A DNA stretch of 62,871 nt, filler included, from Choristocarpus tenellus KU-1152 (GCA_964200185.2; 9 parts of 9 records of this genome joined end to end with filler, not necessarily neighbours in it), one strand, 5' to 3'. Shown: positions 26,052-37,872, counted from the first letter of the whole stretch. Program-made: numbers and translations. The notes: generated by a model from the sequence alone, not told the origin.

Positions 26052-29000
26052 ATGGTGCTTCTTACGGATCGGCATGTACCATGCACGAACGTGGGAGATT
26101 TTGATCCCTTATCATCGGAGCTTGTGGAGACTGCAGAACGTTTCTGCACCACCTCGACTTGTGTGCAAGAGAACACGATAGAGGTGATTAGAGTTGGTGG
26201 TAATCGGGAGAATATGACTGGACTTGCTCCTCTGCAAGGAGAACCTCCTCTCCCTCGTTGGTTCTGATGGACTGGAAACCTGCAGGTGCTCAGGGTGTTG
26301 CAGGGTGAAGTGGCTATGGCAATGCCAGGTGATGGGCCAGAGTCGCTTGGATCGGATTGTGCGACAACCTGCCATATCGTTGCAATGCGTAATCCATCAT
26401 CTGGGCAGTCATGTTTGGCGCACCTAGACAGCGCTTCAAGGGTCACCGAATGTGTGAACAGGATGAACACCCTAATGGACGCACCTGTACCACAAGACAG
26501 TTCAACTAATGCAACTGGTGAGCTCTGGCAAGCTAGTCATTGCTGTTGGGTAGACCATAGATTTTCACTTACATGAAGCTTTTCGTTAAGGAACTTCGCC
26601 TCTTGCTTGCGTCTACCCACACAGGTGGGTATCCCTCTCTGGATCTTTACGTGGTGGGCGGGTATCTTGGGGAGCCCGAGGCGGAAGAGCTAACGACTTG
26701 CCTGTTCGACGCGCTCGCCTCTTCCTCTCGAGAATTTCACGTTGTTCTTGCGTGTATAGGCCAATTAAATTCGTGCCCCCTATTGGATGGTGGACTGGAA
26801 TCTCTGCCGAGAAGAGGAAAGGGGGATTGTGGAAGTCAAGAACAAAGTGACATTATGGGACGATGTGTAGGGTCTGACGGGCAAGCATCTGTGCTACGTG
26901 CTGCCTTGAGTGCCGAAGGCCCCTGCGGTAGTTGGAAACCGGTGAGGACCAGCCTGGCGATTCGCCTAGGAAACGGTACACCTTTTCCTGTGCAGTTCGT
27001 GGGTGCAGGAACAAGGGGAGAGGGATGGGAAGTGCGCCAGGCGCGGCTGGTCACAAGGGAGAGGTCTGCCTTGACCGAGGTATGCACTTCAAGGCGTGTT
27101 TTTTTTATGAAGATATAAAGTCCGATACCAGGGAGGAAGCCCATGTTTTAGGTAAAACTATGATGTAGCGTGGGAGTAGGGGCTCAAGTTGTATCAGGAA
27201 AGACCCAAGGTCTTGGCAGAATCTGGAAAAATCTCCAGTGAACGTGATTATAGAGGAACGACGTAGAGTCGCCCGAATTTTGTGTTGATAATGCAAAGCT
27301 CCCCCAAGTACTGTTGTAGCATGTATGTAATACTTGTGATGGAACTCAATCGATGATAAGCTCACATGAAACATCGTTTTTTAACCACATGAGGATATGA
27401 GATACCCAAGATTTGGATTGGGCACTCTTGTTCTGATATTATAATTTAATTTCCAAACTAACAAATGGCAACTGAGGTAGAGGACTAATGTTGTGGGGTA
27501 CCTACTATAACTCTCCGTGTGGCATCTGGTAGTGCACACATTTGCATAAAATGCAATGAGATAGCCCCCTACCTGAAGTCAATGAATGAAGATACGACCG
27601 TTCTGCACAAATTGCACAAACAGGTGCTATTACTTAACCAAACCCTTCAGCATTCAACCTCCTCATGTGCTGTCAGTGAAATGTACTATTTTCTACGCAT
27701 TTACATTGAACACAATTAATATATACTTCCCCCGTCAAGAATTATATTTAACATAACTTTTTCAAGCTCCTTTTTCGCCTGGGAATGACGTACATGATCA
27801 ACCCTCTGAATGAAGTGTAGTTCTCCTATATATTGTGCAAAGTTTGATAGGGTGGACTGTCCTGACTGTGGAGGATTGCCGGTGTAAGGTCAACCAAGTC
27901 ACATTTGACAGAGGTCAAAATCTTCATGAAACTGCCAAATTGGTGTTTAATAGGATGCGTAGGAGGAAGGCCCCCTATAGTTCGAGCGGCTCACTCATCC
28001 CGCCGTCACCCGTTGGTCCAAATTCTTCAGCCCAGAAGTTTGTCCAGGGTCAGGACTCAAAACACCCCAACAACGAAAAGTGTGGTGGCACAGTGCCTGG
28101 AGGTGAGAGGGTGCAAGACTTGGATGCCTCAAGCGACATTAGCAGCCATCACGAAGGACATTGTAATTCCCAAATCACCATGTTCCGACATCTGAAGGGG
28201 TATGACAACCAGATCGCACTAGGTGAATGAGTGGACCTTGTACAACATGGCAAGGGGTGATGTGGTCACCGTAGAAGTATCCTTCATGTTTGGGATGTCC
28301 CATCAGTATACCGCTTATCCTTCCACAAATGGGCAATCAAGGCTGGGAAATGTTTGTGATGAATGCAGTCTGATTAACACCACCAAGTGGGAAAAGTTAG
28401 ACACGGGTGACCACGGGTGGGGCAGTGATTGCAGGGAAAGTAGAAATATCAAGGGTAGGGGCATTATGCCCATGTTGGGAACATGGGGGGGTGCCTCAAG
28501 CAATCAAATTGCTCGCTTATGATATGCAACAATAGGAACTTTGTGTTCAAGTGGTTCAACTGTGGTCAACCAGACATTCCAAACCGATGGACTCTCTCAA
28601 GGGGGGCGAAACATCATGCAAGGTCAGAACAAGGGAGAGGGCTCTGGAAATGATGGATTGGATGGAGATGGAGATGGAGAAGCAGCAATCAGCGTTGAAG
28701 GTTCCACTCCTGCTGAAAACGGGAGCTGGCAGTCAGGTGCCAAAGGCTTCTCCATTGACATCAAAGCAAGATTGATTGACATCAGAGTCATTGTTCCAGA
28801 TGAGTTCTGAGTCTTGACTGCCTTGAAATGTGCCCATTGGATACAGGGCCTAATGATAGTGTATGTGTAATGGTGAATAAATGTCTAATCAAGTGCCTTG
28901 GCTAGGGATGGTAATGGTGGGTGGCAAAGAGCTTGGGATTGCGGCCAAGGGTAACATCAGAACGGGATGGGTAATAGCTGCTAAGATATTTCATGGTGTA

Positions 29001-32000
29001 TTGTTGTGCCTGGGCTTTAGACCACCTTGTACTCTGCAAAAGTGACCATGAATCTTGCCCTACAGGATACGATCCATGGAAGCAAGATTGTGGTCTTTGA
29101 CAGAAGTGGAGAATGACATCAGACTTTTTTCTATTTGGATGGCGAGGATCTGTTGATTGAGTGCATGGGTTTTTTTAACTCTGCGACCATAGCCCCTACT
29201 CTGTCAATCCCTTTGTTACCTGAACAAAAGGTGGTGCTAATAACCTGGAAGAGACATACAAATGGCGCGTACATGGTGAAGACGTGTGAATCAGCTCACA
29301 AGATCAATCTGACTGGGACATGGGGGTTGCCATACTTCCTTTCAGTACGCAAAAATGACGAACCAAGAATATATTGGCAAGGCCTCATTGATGAGTGATG
29401 CCATGGTGGGTCCAGTAAAATATTTGAGGGAGGAGTGGAGAGACAAGCAATGGGATGGTATAACCCAACGTGCAAGAAACAATGTACAAACGTGGGCGGT
29501 TTATTCATTGGTAGTGCAGCAGTTGGTTTCACTAGCTGGAATGAAAGTAGTTCATTGTGTAGATCACCTAATCATGAGTCAAGATCGTTCCTAGATGTAC
29601 ACCACGTAGTAAATGATAGCAATTATACAGGCCTCTCAGGAGCTGGAAATCTGAATTACAAGGTGGACACACTGTCTCAGTTGGGGCTGGAGCAGTGTGA
29701 GGCAGATTCATGTGTTTTTTATGGATCAAAAAGTAAATTCTGCAACTGATCATGCAAATCCGTGCCAACGACATGCTTACGGAAAATGAAGGGCTTGAGT
29801 ACGCTATCTTAGTTGGGGGAGAGAAAGGTTGGAAAAGGAGGGATTGTGATTGTGGAACAGTATGCATGGACCTCGGAGATGTGTGTGAAGAGCACGACAG
29901 AAAGGATCAGGATCACGGTCGTTTTTGAGCTAACAGTGACTGCCCCTTCAAGGTAGTGGACATGGGGTTGATTGGTGAGGACTTTTGCATGATGATTGGA
30001 AAACTCATGCTGTCATTTTACCATGACTCAACCAGATATTGCATCTGCAGTGCATGCCCTTACAACTTGTGTGAACCCTACAATACCGGATTGGAAGGAA
30101 GCTGCAAGGGTGATTGGCAATCTTTTGGGGATCAGTGGTCAGGGGATTCACTGACTTGGATTTTAGGCACCCAGGGCACTTTCCAAACTTCAGTTTGAAG
30201 GACTTGTTTTCTCGCATTCAGCGAACAAGTAAATGTGAGAAGGATTAGAGTGGAGTTGTTGGAGGGTATGGACCATGAATTTGAAATTGGTTGGTTGCAA
30301 ATTTTGTTTTGAAGTTATAGTATGGGGAGGATTTATTTATTGCATCCCATAAAATATTTATGTGTTAAAAAATGTTGGAAACCAGAGGCGTGTATCTTTT
30401 GTTGAATCTTGATAAGATGGGGTGGAGGAAAGATGATTTTCTACAACAACCGTGATCTTAATGCTTCTGTCTGCTCATGCCCCCCATAAAGCTTATACAA
30501 CCCCCCTCGGTGTCTTATTGATCATTACCACTAGTAGTACTTCGATGCCATGCAGCTATACCTGTCATTAACATTTCACCAAATAACTGTTACAAAAAGG
30601 AACTAGTAGTTAGGCATACGGACGTAACTCTTACAAGCCTTCCTCAAATCAGATGATGTAAAAGGTGGAAGCTGAGGGCAAGAGACATCTGATCGTATGG
30701 TTAGCAAAATGGAATTTGATAAGTAGTACATGGTATGTGGAGGCATCACAGGTGTCTTGTGATTTTGTTGGAATGGGGCGAAAATTACACGCTGCTGGAA
30801 AAAGCACCTCCATTTTACAGTTACGTTTTACATTCACTATTTGGCGTACAAGACATCAAAAGCGAGGAGAGCGCAGACATTTAGTGCATACTGCTAATGG
30901 CAGACACAAAGTAAAATGCATCCCTTCATGCTACTGTGCGAGACTGGCCTTCCGAGTCTTGTTCATTGATATTTGGGTCAATGAGGAGTTACATGTTTTG
31001 TGCTCGAACGGGCTCATTATTATTCTTTAGTTCTCAACATAGGCTGCCATATTTTCATCCATATCTTTCTCCTGCTCTTTATTCTCTTCTATCAATCTCT
31101 AACACTCAAGAATGTCGTCCCCAAGACTTAGGGAGAGGAATGGTGGTTTTGTCCCTCAAATTGCTCTTTTCATCCTCCTCAGTCATCTTCAGCTTCAACT
31201 TTTCATCTAGGTACATTTTGACCCTTCATTCAAGGCTAGGCACTCTGCCTTTATCTCCTTTCCATTTTGTCCATTTAGCCCCTTACCCACTCTTTCCAGA
31301 CTTTCCCCTTCCCCATGGTCCAGCTTGTCTTAAGTCCTTACAACCCCAATTGTGATACCCTTGTGTGGGGTCAGTTGTATCTTGTTTTCAGCTTTGAAGT
31401 GTGTGAACCTTAGACTGCGCGCAACCCTCACACACTTCCAAGCTATCACATTGCAATGAAGAATCCGTTGCTGCATTGGACATCACCAGGTTGAGATTAT
31501 TCCCAATCCGATAGGTCAATCCCCAAACAGACCTCTCAACTTGTGGGCCCACTGTGCAGGCCAAAAGTGTCATCCGTGGAATGAGAGGGTTCTTATCTTT
31601 CCAATTTATCACCTATCTTCTATAGACTGTGACAGTGGGATTTCGCTTTGCCACAACCCATACTGTCACAAAATCCTCAGGACTCCAACTGTCATCTGCA
31701 CATACAGAATCATGCGTATCTCATGAACAAATTTCATCAGTGAAAAACCGCCACATAGCCCAGATTTTGAGGTTCCCAGCTACCACGTGGGAAAATTTCT
31801 TGCTTGTATTGGACATGATAAGAACCCGAGATTAAAGTGCGCTTGATTTGACAACCCTTAAACAGGTGACTCAACTTATAAGCGCCACTCTGTGTGACCG
31901 CTAGAATGTCCTTAGCAAACAAGAAGTACACCCTGGGAACACCGGGATCCTGATCTTTCCAGTGGAGTCCCTAGCGTTGATAGGTTGTGAGGGCTTCACT

Positions 32001-32436
32001 AGTGATGCATGCAGTGAAGAACGCAGACAAAATCAGTTTAGTCTCTTCAGAAATTGGGGGGGGGGAAAGCAATCTAGGCACTGAGTTTTCGTACCTATCC
32101 GTTTGGTTCTGTACTAGTAATAAGAGGCAAAGAATAAACCTTACAAAAGTATTAACATATGTTTTAGTCTCTCGTCCTGCACAACGTCGACCTCCTCCCT
32201 CTTTACCCACCACTGCCACCTATCGCGTTCATTTAAAAAGATGTATGACCGGCCATTGAACAGTGTGGTCATCCCACCCTTCAGCCTTCAGATTGACCCG
32301 ATGATGATCAGGATGATGCTGGCAATGAGTGACCAGGAACTACTAAACTACACCTCCACTTCCCCCAAAGTGGAAAATGAGAGTTTATCATTTGAGATGC
32401 GAGCAGTGTTTTCTTATATCCTGCAGCATGGAGGCG
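26052..32436 (+). CDS. NTAN1: Protein N-terminal asparagine amidohydrolase (N-degron pathway), at least 4 exons, 3' end lost at the contig break
   Basis: Exons 26052-26183, 26286-26517, 26625-27079 and 32241-32436? are phase-compatible. Motifs: VLQGEVA, LGSDCATTCHIVAMR, CLAHLD, LDLYVVGGY, ACIGQLN, RQAR, YD...IPPF, DQELLNYTSTSPKVE. Confidence 0.9.
27724..28300 (-). repeat. Dispersed repeat family copy 2, inside NTAN1 intron 3
   Basis: Colinear similarity to 15082-15663. Confidence 0.7.
29600..30200 (+). mobile_element. Highly decayed Copia RT remnant in NTAN1 intron 3
   Basis: YTGLSGAGNLNYKVDTLSQLGLEQCEADSCVF resembles LYGLKQAGRxWN..L...GfxQxxxDxCvF. Confidence 0.55.
30900..31700 (-). mobile_element. 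Decayed Copia GAG-pre-integrase/integrase remnant in NTAN1 intron 3
   Basis: WGLTYRIGNNLNLV...LEVCEGCAQSKVH resembles the WHxRLGH...CExCxxxK motif. Confidence 0.55.
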
Positions 32437-32608
32437 GTAGGGTCGGGGGGGGGGGGGTACACACTCGTGGCGTGACACTGTGTTTGGTGAAGGGGGGGGG
32501 CGGGCATTNNNNNNNNNNNNNNNNNNNNNNNNNNNNNNNNNNNNNNNNNNNNTTAATTAATTAANNNNNNNNNNNNNNNNNNNNNNNNNNNNNNNNNNNN
32601 NNNNNNNN

Positions 32609-34113
32609 CCCCTCCTCCCTGCCCCCCGTCCCAATCCTCTTCTTACTCCTCTTTATCATCCCCTTCATCCTCCTCTTCCTCCTCCTCATCCTCCTCTGCG
32701 TCCTCCTCTGCGTCAGTGACATACTCCGGCTCGTCTTCCAACGCAGAATCACCGGTGCCCCTCCGCACCTTGCAACCTTTCCCCTTTCCACCCGTGCGGG
32801 AAGAGGGACACTTGCGCTTTCTAGTGGTGATTGGCGTCAAGTCCGAGTCTGAATCCCGCACTTTGAACCCACGAGAACGCACTACCGTAAGACCCGGGAG
32901 CACGTTGAACGGTGATCAGTACTACGAACGGTTCGTTGTTCGATACAACAATGCCCGACTACAGTCTTCATCATAGGAGACACTTATTGAACGTTTCTGT
33001 ACAAGGTGCTGCGACCGGTACACATGTTGCTTACTGCTGTCTACACGATAAAACATGTAGGCGGTTTGACTTGCCTAAGCAGACGGATGCATAGCCCCTG
33101 CTTGAGAGAAGTGAAGCCGGCAAACTCCTCGCGACTCAGATAGCTCAGTGTGACCGCGTTGCGGTCGACCTGTGGTGACGAGGTCTCACACACTTCCTTC
33201 AGTACCCCGAAGGACTCTGATTGAAGGGAGTTTACGCCTTGCTGCCAGTTTCATAGAGTTGTTTTTGGCGGGGGAGTAACGCCTTCGTGATGGGCAGAAA
33301 ATATACCTTATTGTACAGCGTGCACTCAAACACACTCTCGGTCACGTCATTGAATGCTATAAGCATCGCGGTGCAGTGGGCGAACGGGGCAAGGGGTAGG
33401 TGGGAAACGGTCGCAGGACACACATGGCAGGCAGTAGTGAGCAACATGTTGCTGCTGACAGAAAGACCACGAGAGATAAAAAAAATCAACAACGAAAAAA
33501 TCAACAACGGGCTGACCAACGATGAACCAAACAAAGGAAACACGGCAACAACTTGGTAAATCAGAAGAGTCATCAGGCGATCATGGAACAATGACAACAC
33601 TCAACTTACTTAGTTGCTTAGTTGATCAGAAGAGTCAGGCGATCATGGAACAACGACAACACTCCATCACCCACCGTTGGCAATTAGCCTCTCTTCTGCT
33701 TAGTTGAACTCCATGTAGACCTGCATCGTGAAAGCGCGTTCGTGATCAAACTCTCTCTTCAACACCATTATTCTATGGTTTCCATCCAGTGTTTGTTCTT
33801 GAACGGCAAGCGCAGTGTCGGCGGTTAGCTGGTCCCCTTTGCCTAAGCAGTCTCGTTGGATGACGACGGACGGAGCAAACTGCTCGAGCCAGCCTTTTTC
33901 ACGGATAGACTTCCTGACGCGGGCAAGGACACGCTCGCTCAGGGGACACACCATCTCCGTACATGTGATGTTGCCGAGTTTCATCTTATAGGTGCCGAGG
34001 TAGTGATGTTCGAGGAGCGAGGACATGCCCTTGGCATTGCTGTACGACGCTCTCGATCCGTGGGCAGCGCCATTGGCGTGCAGGGGGGTTGTTGTTGAGC
34101 GAATGTTGGACAT
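32609..34113 (-). pseudogene. Spliced ParB/Sulfiredoxin-like domain gene with an acidic tail, disrupted
   Basis: Exon 34113-33675 encodes VCPLSERVLARVRKSIREKGWLEQFAPSVVI...LDGNHRIMVLKREF...VYMEFN*AEERLIAN. A GT..AG intron (33674-33357) joins it in phase to AFNDVTESVFECTLYNKVYFL. A further basic then acidic segment lies at about 32970-32609. Confidence 0.7.
33560..33664. repeat. About 40-bp direct repeat in the ParB-like gene intron
   Basis: ATCAGAAGAGTCA(TCA)GGCGATCATGGAACAAYGACAACACTC at 33560 and 33625. Confidence 0.85.
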
Positions 34114-34288
34114 GGCGAAGATTGGGAGGGTGTGACGGGGATAGATAAGAAAGAGCTGCTGGTGGTATGTGCGGAAGGGAAGGAATGGAAATGAGGAGTG
34201 AGGGCTGGGAGGTGCTGCTTTATTTCATCTGGTCCTTCGGTCCCCAAAGAACTCAGATTTCTATTTCCGTTGACAATTGTGTTCTGAA

Positions 34289-34797
34289 AAATACGAATAT
34301 CGAACAGTATACGATTTAATATTTAAAGCAGATAGAGGGTATCAGTTTTTAGTGACCTTTTCGTTTCGGAACATTTCAAACGTATTAGACCAACGAAGTA
34401 TGTGGTTTGTAGTTGTATTTGTATTTGTTGATATTAAGAATAGAATACTATTTTTATTTCATAAAAACCCTAATGCACGGGTTTTGCGGTTCAAGGGTTT
34501 CAAGTGGTCCAACGGATCGCCCGAAACTCAAAAACTGCTTTTTGTCGACATTTGTATTTTTTTAAATACAATGTCGAACAATATAAGATTTTGTATTTAA
34601 AACAATTAGAGGGTGTCAGTTTGTTTTTTTGGTTTCGGAACATTGGAAACGTGCAAGATCAATTAAGTGTGTGCTTTGTATTTTTTTTAATTGAAATTAC
34701 GCATATAATCGAATTTCTAATTCAAAAAACCATAATGCACCTATTTTCCGGAACATGGATCTCAGGGTGGTCCGACGGATCGCCCGAAGCTCGAACA
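34289..34797. repeat. Diverged ~274-bp tandem duplication forming the divergent intergenic region
   Basis: Shared blocks TCGAACA, TAGAGGGT, GTTTCGGAACATT, TAATGCAC and GTGGTCC.ACGGATCGCCCGAA occur in 34289-34562 and again in 34563-34797. Confidence 0.85.
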
Positions 34798-34877
34798 TCG
34801 TTCATACGCCCGGCTTCGAATTCAATTAACTCCTAGACCTTCTCACTGCCCAAGACCGCCTGTTGCCCGAAAACACC

Positions 34878-35353
34878 ATGACAGTTGCTCCCACAGCAAG
34901 GGGGTGGCTTTTGTCGCCTGCACCGCCCCCTGTGTTGCCCCCTCATCAGCCCGCCAACAATGATGCGCTGGAGCTTTCTACCAATGACGCTTCAGCGACC
35001 GGCGTCAAGCTTCGCCAAGAATGGGCTCAACCCATCCCGTTCAACGAATAGGGTGACTGCTGCAAGCGCTTAGCCTGTGTGAAGAAGTTCGCGGCAGATA
35101 GTGAGTCCTTCCTTGCCCGCACGTTGGCTAAAGAGCCGGACATCATCCGGGTGTGAGAGAACCGCCTCGATCGCAAACACTTCGTTGGTGACCGTGTACC
35201 TGTCATGAAGTTGGGGCCTGAAGGCAGATCTATGCTCGCGGCCGGCATTCCCATTTGTACGCAATTTTTCAAGGCATCGTTCGGAATATCCAATTATGTC
35301 ATCGACGCTTGCAAAGGTACACCTAACGCAAGAGCATCCTCCGGCGTGGAGAG
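34878..35353 (+). pseudogene. N-terminal exon of a probable Sola1-like DNA transposase
   Basis: One frame with two stops (TAG, TGA): GDCCKRLACVKKF...AGIPICTQFFKASFGISNYVIDACKGTP, ending at a GTGGGT donor. CC..C..F plus G.pvC..fF...fGiS resembles Sola1-type N-termini (from memory, not searched). No catalytic DDD core is seen. Confidence 0.5.
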
Positions 35354-35461
35354 GTGGGTTTGATGTATGTACACAGTGTTATTTGTACCCGGTATTGTTT
35401 CGATGTGCGACAAACTTGTTGGGAACGGTAAAAAGATTCCTACCAAGGTCTTGACAGTTCT

Positions 35462-35950
35462 ATGGTCTGCTATCGAGACGAGGAAAGGGGGGGGTTTGTT
35501 GGAGAAGGACGGAAGACTAAATTCAAGGGACAAGGAGATGAGAGGGGGGGGGAGAATGGGGACGAAAAGGAGGAAAACACTGACGACGACAAGGAGGAGG
35601 ATGAGGAGGAGGATAAAGAGGAGGAGGAGGATGAGGAGCAGCTGAAGGAGGACGAGGACAACGAGGACGATGAAGATAAGGAGAACCTCGGTACGGGGGA
35701 TGGGAGGGGGGCATCTGCCGGTGCAGGTGCATGTACGGGGTGCCCTTGCAGACGACCGTGGAAGGACCAGTTCTTGAAGCGGATACAGGACGGAGCAGTA
35801 CGGTGGCACAGAAGAGACCTTTGGCTCAAACGCAAATGCTGGAGCCAAACACGCGGGTTAGGTTTACCGCTGCACACTTTCGGCCCCGTCACGGTGATAG
35901 AAAAATGTAGAGACTTCGGATTAGCAAGCATGTGGCAGATATTCGTGTAA
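35462..35950 (+). pseudogene. Acidic low-complexity ORF/exon with a short Trp/Cys-rich tail
   Basis: 162-aa ORF: a D/E tract, then CTGCPCRRPWKDQFLKR...SMWQIF, followed by a GTAAGT donor-like site near 35947. Confidence 0.3.
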
Positions 35951-36716
35951 GTAAAGTATACCTCATAGGCCTCTTGGAGAATGAGCGGTGTGTATTGAGA
36001 GCCGAGTACGCATATTTGTTGTGGCAGATAGTAATAACTGCCGCGGGTGATGGCGGCGATAACATGTGTTTAGTTTGATCCATGACGATATTTTCAGAGC
36101 ATTCCAAGCAGCATGTTGTTGTTGCGATACATAGTAGAAGGGGGTTTTGGTTGCATGGCAGTCGTAGTCCTTTGTTTCCATTCATGATTTTGAGCCTACT
36201 TCCATACGGGTTGGTGGTCCTTCATAACATATATTATTTTCAAATGGATTATGGATGCAAAAGTATGCTTTCAATTGCCAAAATATCTGATGTTAGTAGC
36301 ATTTTGAAGTGTTAGCTGCTAGTACTTGTGAGCGGTGTTGTCGTGTTGTCATAGCAGCGGAGTCCCCCAAGACGCCGTACATCGTTGTAATTTCTTTTAT
36401 TTTGTGTGATCTTTAATCATCTATCTCCCCGACACACTCAGTGGCTTGTTGTACTTGAAAAAGCGACTGCATGTGCATGGTAGGGAGGGAACGAAAGGTG
36501 GAGGAGCTTAAACCACCTGACTATGCGATGGTGGAGGATATACATACATACGTTAAAGGCAAGTCAGCATGCAAAGCGTGCTGGTGAACGAGAAACTCTA
36601 ACCGTTGTCTGTTGTGNNNNNNNNNNNNNNNNNNNNNNNNNNNNNNNNNNNNNNNNNNNNTTAATTAATTAANNNNNNNNNNNNNNNNNNNNNNNNNNNN
36701 NNNNNNNNNNNNNNNN

Positions 36717-37320
36717 TGCGTCACAAGCCGAATTGGCCATCCCCCATTTCTCCCGGGCCCTTGCAAGATTTTTGAGGTGGCCTGTGTTGTGTGGGGGGGG
36801 GGGATGGCACCGCCTTGCTGAACAACAACATGCTTCCCCTGCAACCAAGGCATCTTGGTCTTGATATGCAGGCAGTAACTCCTCTGTGTACCACTTCCTG
36901 TACCACAAATAATGGTCTAAAGTACAGTCCTGCTCATACACATCCCCCTTTTGATGGTTCTTGCTTGTCCTGTCTGCCGTTTTTGGTGCACATACACACG
37001 CCAAACACCAAGCTTTCCATCAAAGCTGTGAGCCAAATATGGGCAGGCTTTGGCAGCAATGATGATGGTTTTGATGACTCTTGTGCTGCACAGTAGGGGA
37101 CCCTGGAAGGTCGCTATCATCCTCATCCGGCAATACCCTAACCCTTTGCCCATCAACCATCGCGTAAATCCAGGTGTCACCCACATGGATTTTGTTAGGG
37201 TTAGGGTTAGGCATGGGGGTGTACACACCACGTTTCTGGTCCACTTGATCACAAACAAAGTCCATTCTCCATACCTATTGCCACGATGTAAGCTTGGGTT
37301 TGATCTAGCGGCATAGCCCC
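36717..37320 (-). mobile_element. Plant-type (DD39D-like) mariner transposase core, frameshifted
   Basis: RMDFVCDQVD...KIHVGDTWIY...VQHKSH / FDGKLGVW / KTADRTSKNHQKG...YRKWYTEELLPA / MPWLQGKHVVVQQGGA...GWPIRLVT. Both visible catalytic Asp motifs (HxDEKW, QQDxA) are mutated. Confidence 0.9.
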
Positions 37321-37429
37321 CATATCATCCAACCAACCACCTGCTCATGGTGCTCGTGCTATGATTCAGCCCCTTGGCTGTCATCTTCATTGTCACCTGA
37401 CCCACTACTGTGGACGACTGATTATTGGA

Positions 37430-37531
37430 GTTGATACTATGTATTGATACTATGTATTGATACTATGTATTGATACTATGTATTGATACTATGTATTGAT
37501 GCTATGTATTGATACTATGTATTGATACTAT
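37430..37531. repeat. 13-bp minisatellite (TTGATACTATGTA)n
   Basis: About 8 tandem copies. Confidence 0.95.
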
Positions 37532-37673
37532 GGATCGCGGCCATCTTGGTTTATTTGGTGTGAGCTCTGAAGGCTGCCCACTACGTGTCATCACCCCTTG
37601 GTCAGGCGTGTAGCCATGGGCAACTTGATCAGTGATGTCCTCCCAGAACCCCCTCGCTTGTAGCACTTGGACA

Positions 37674-37723
37674 CTAACCCTAACACCTAACCCTAACACC
37701 TAACCCTAACACCTAACCCTAAC
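37674..37723. repeat. Telomere-like 14-bp repeat (CCTAACCCTAACAC)n
   Basis: About 3.5 units built from CCCTAA. Other TTAGGG tracts at 37195-37211, 38666-38712, 39449-39470, 41520-41533 and 44792-44811. Confidence 0.85.
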
Positions 37724-37872
37724 ACTTGGACACTCCAAACTCCACTGCGAGGGTTGGCCCAACCAACATGTTGTGTGTTATTGGCAGTGTTATTGACAGT
37801 TTATGCTCACCCCAAAAGACCCCTACTTATTGACGGCATGAAGCACCTCTCCCGCTTACAGCAAAATACATA

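Noticed and set aside
33700-34113. Bacterial or plasmid contamination as the source of the ParB-like ORF
   Set aside because: It has a phase-compatible GT-AG intron, pseudogenising stops and low coding density, with no parA or operon structure.
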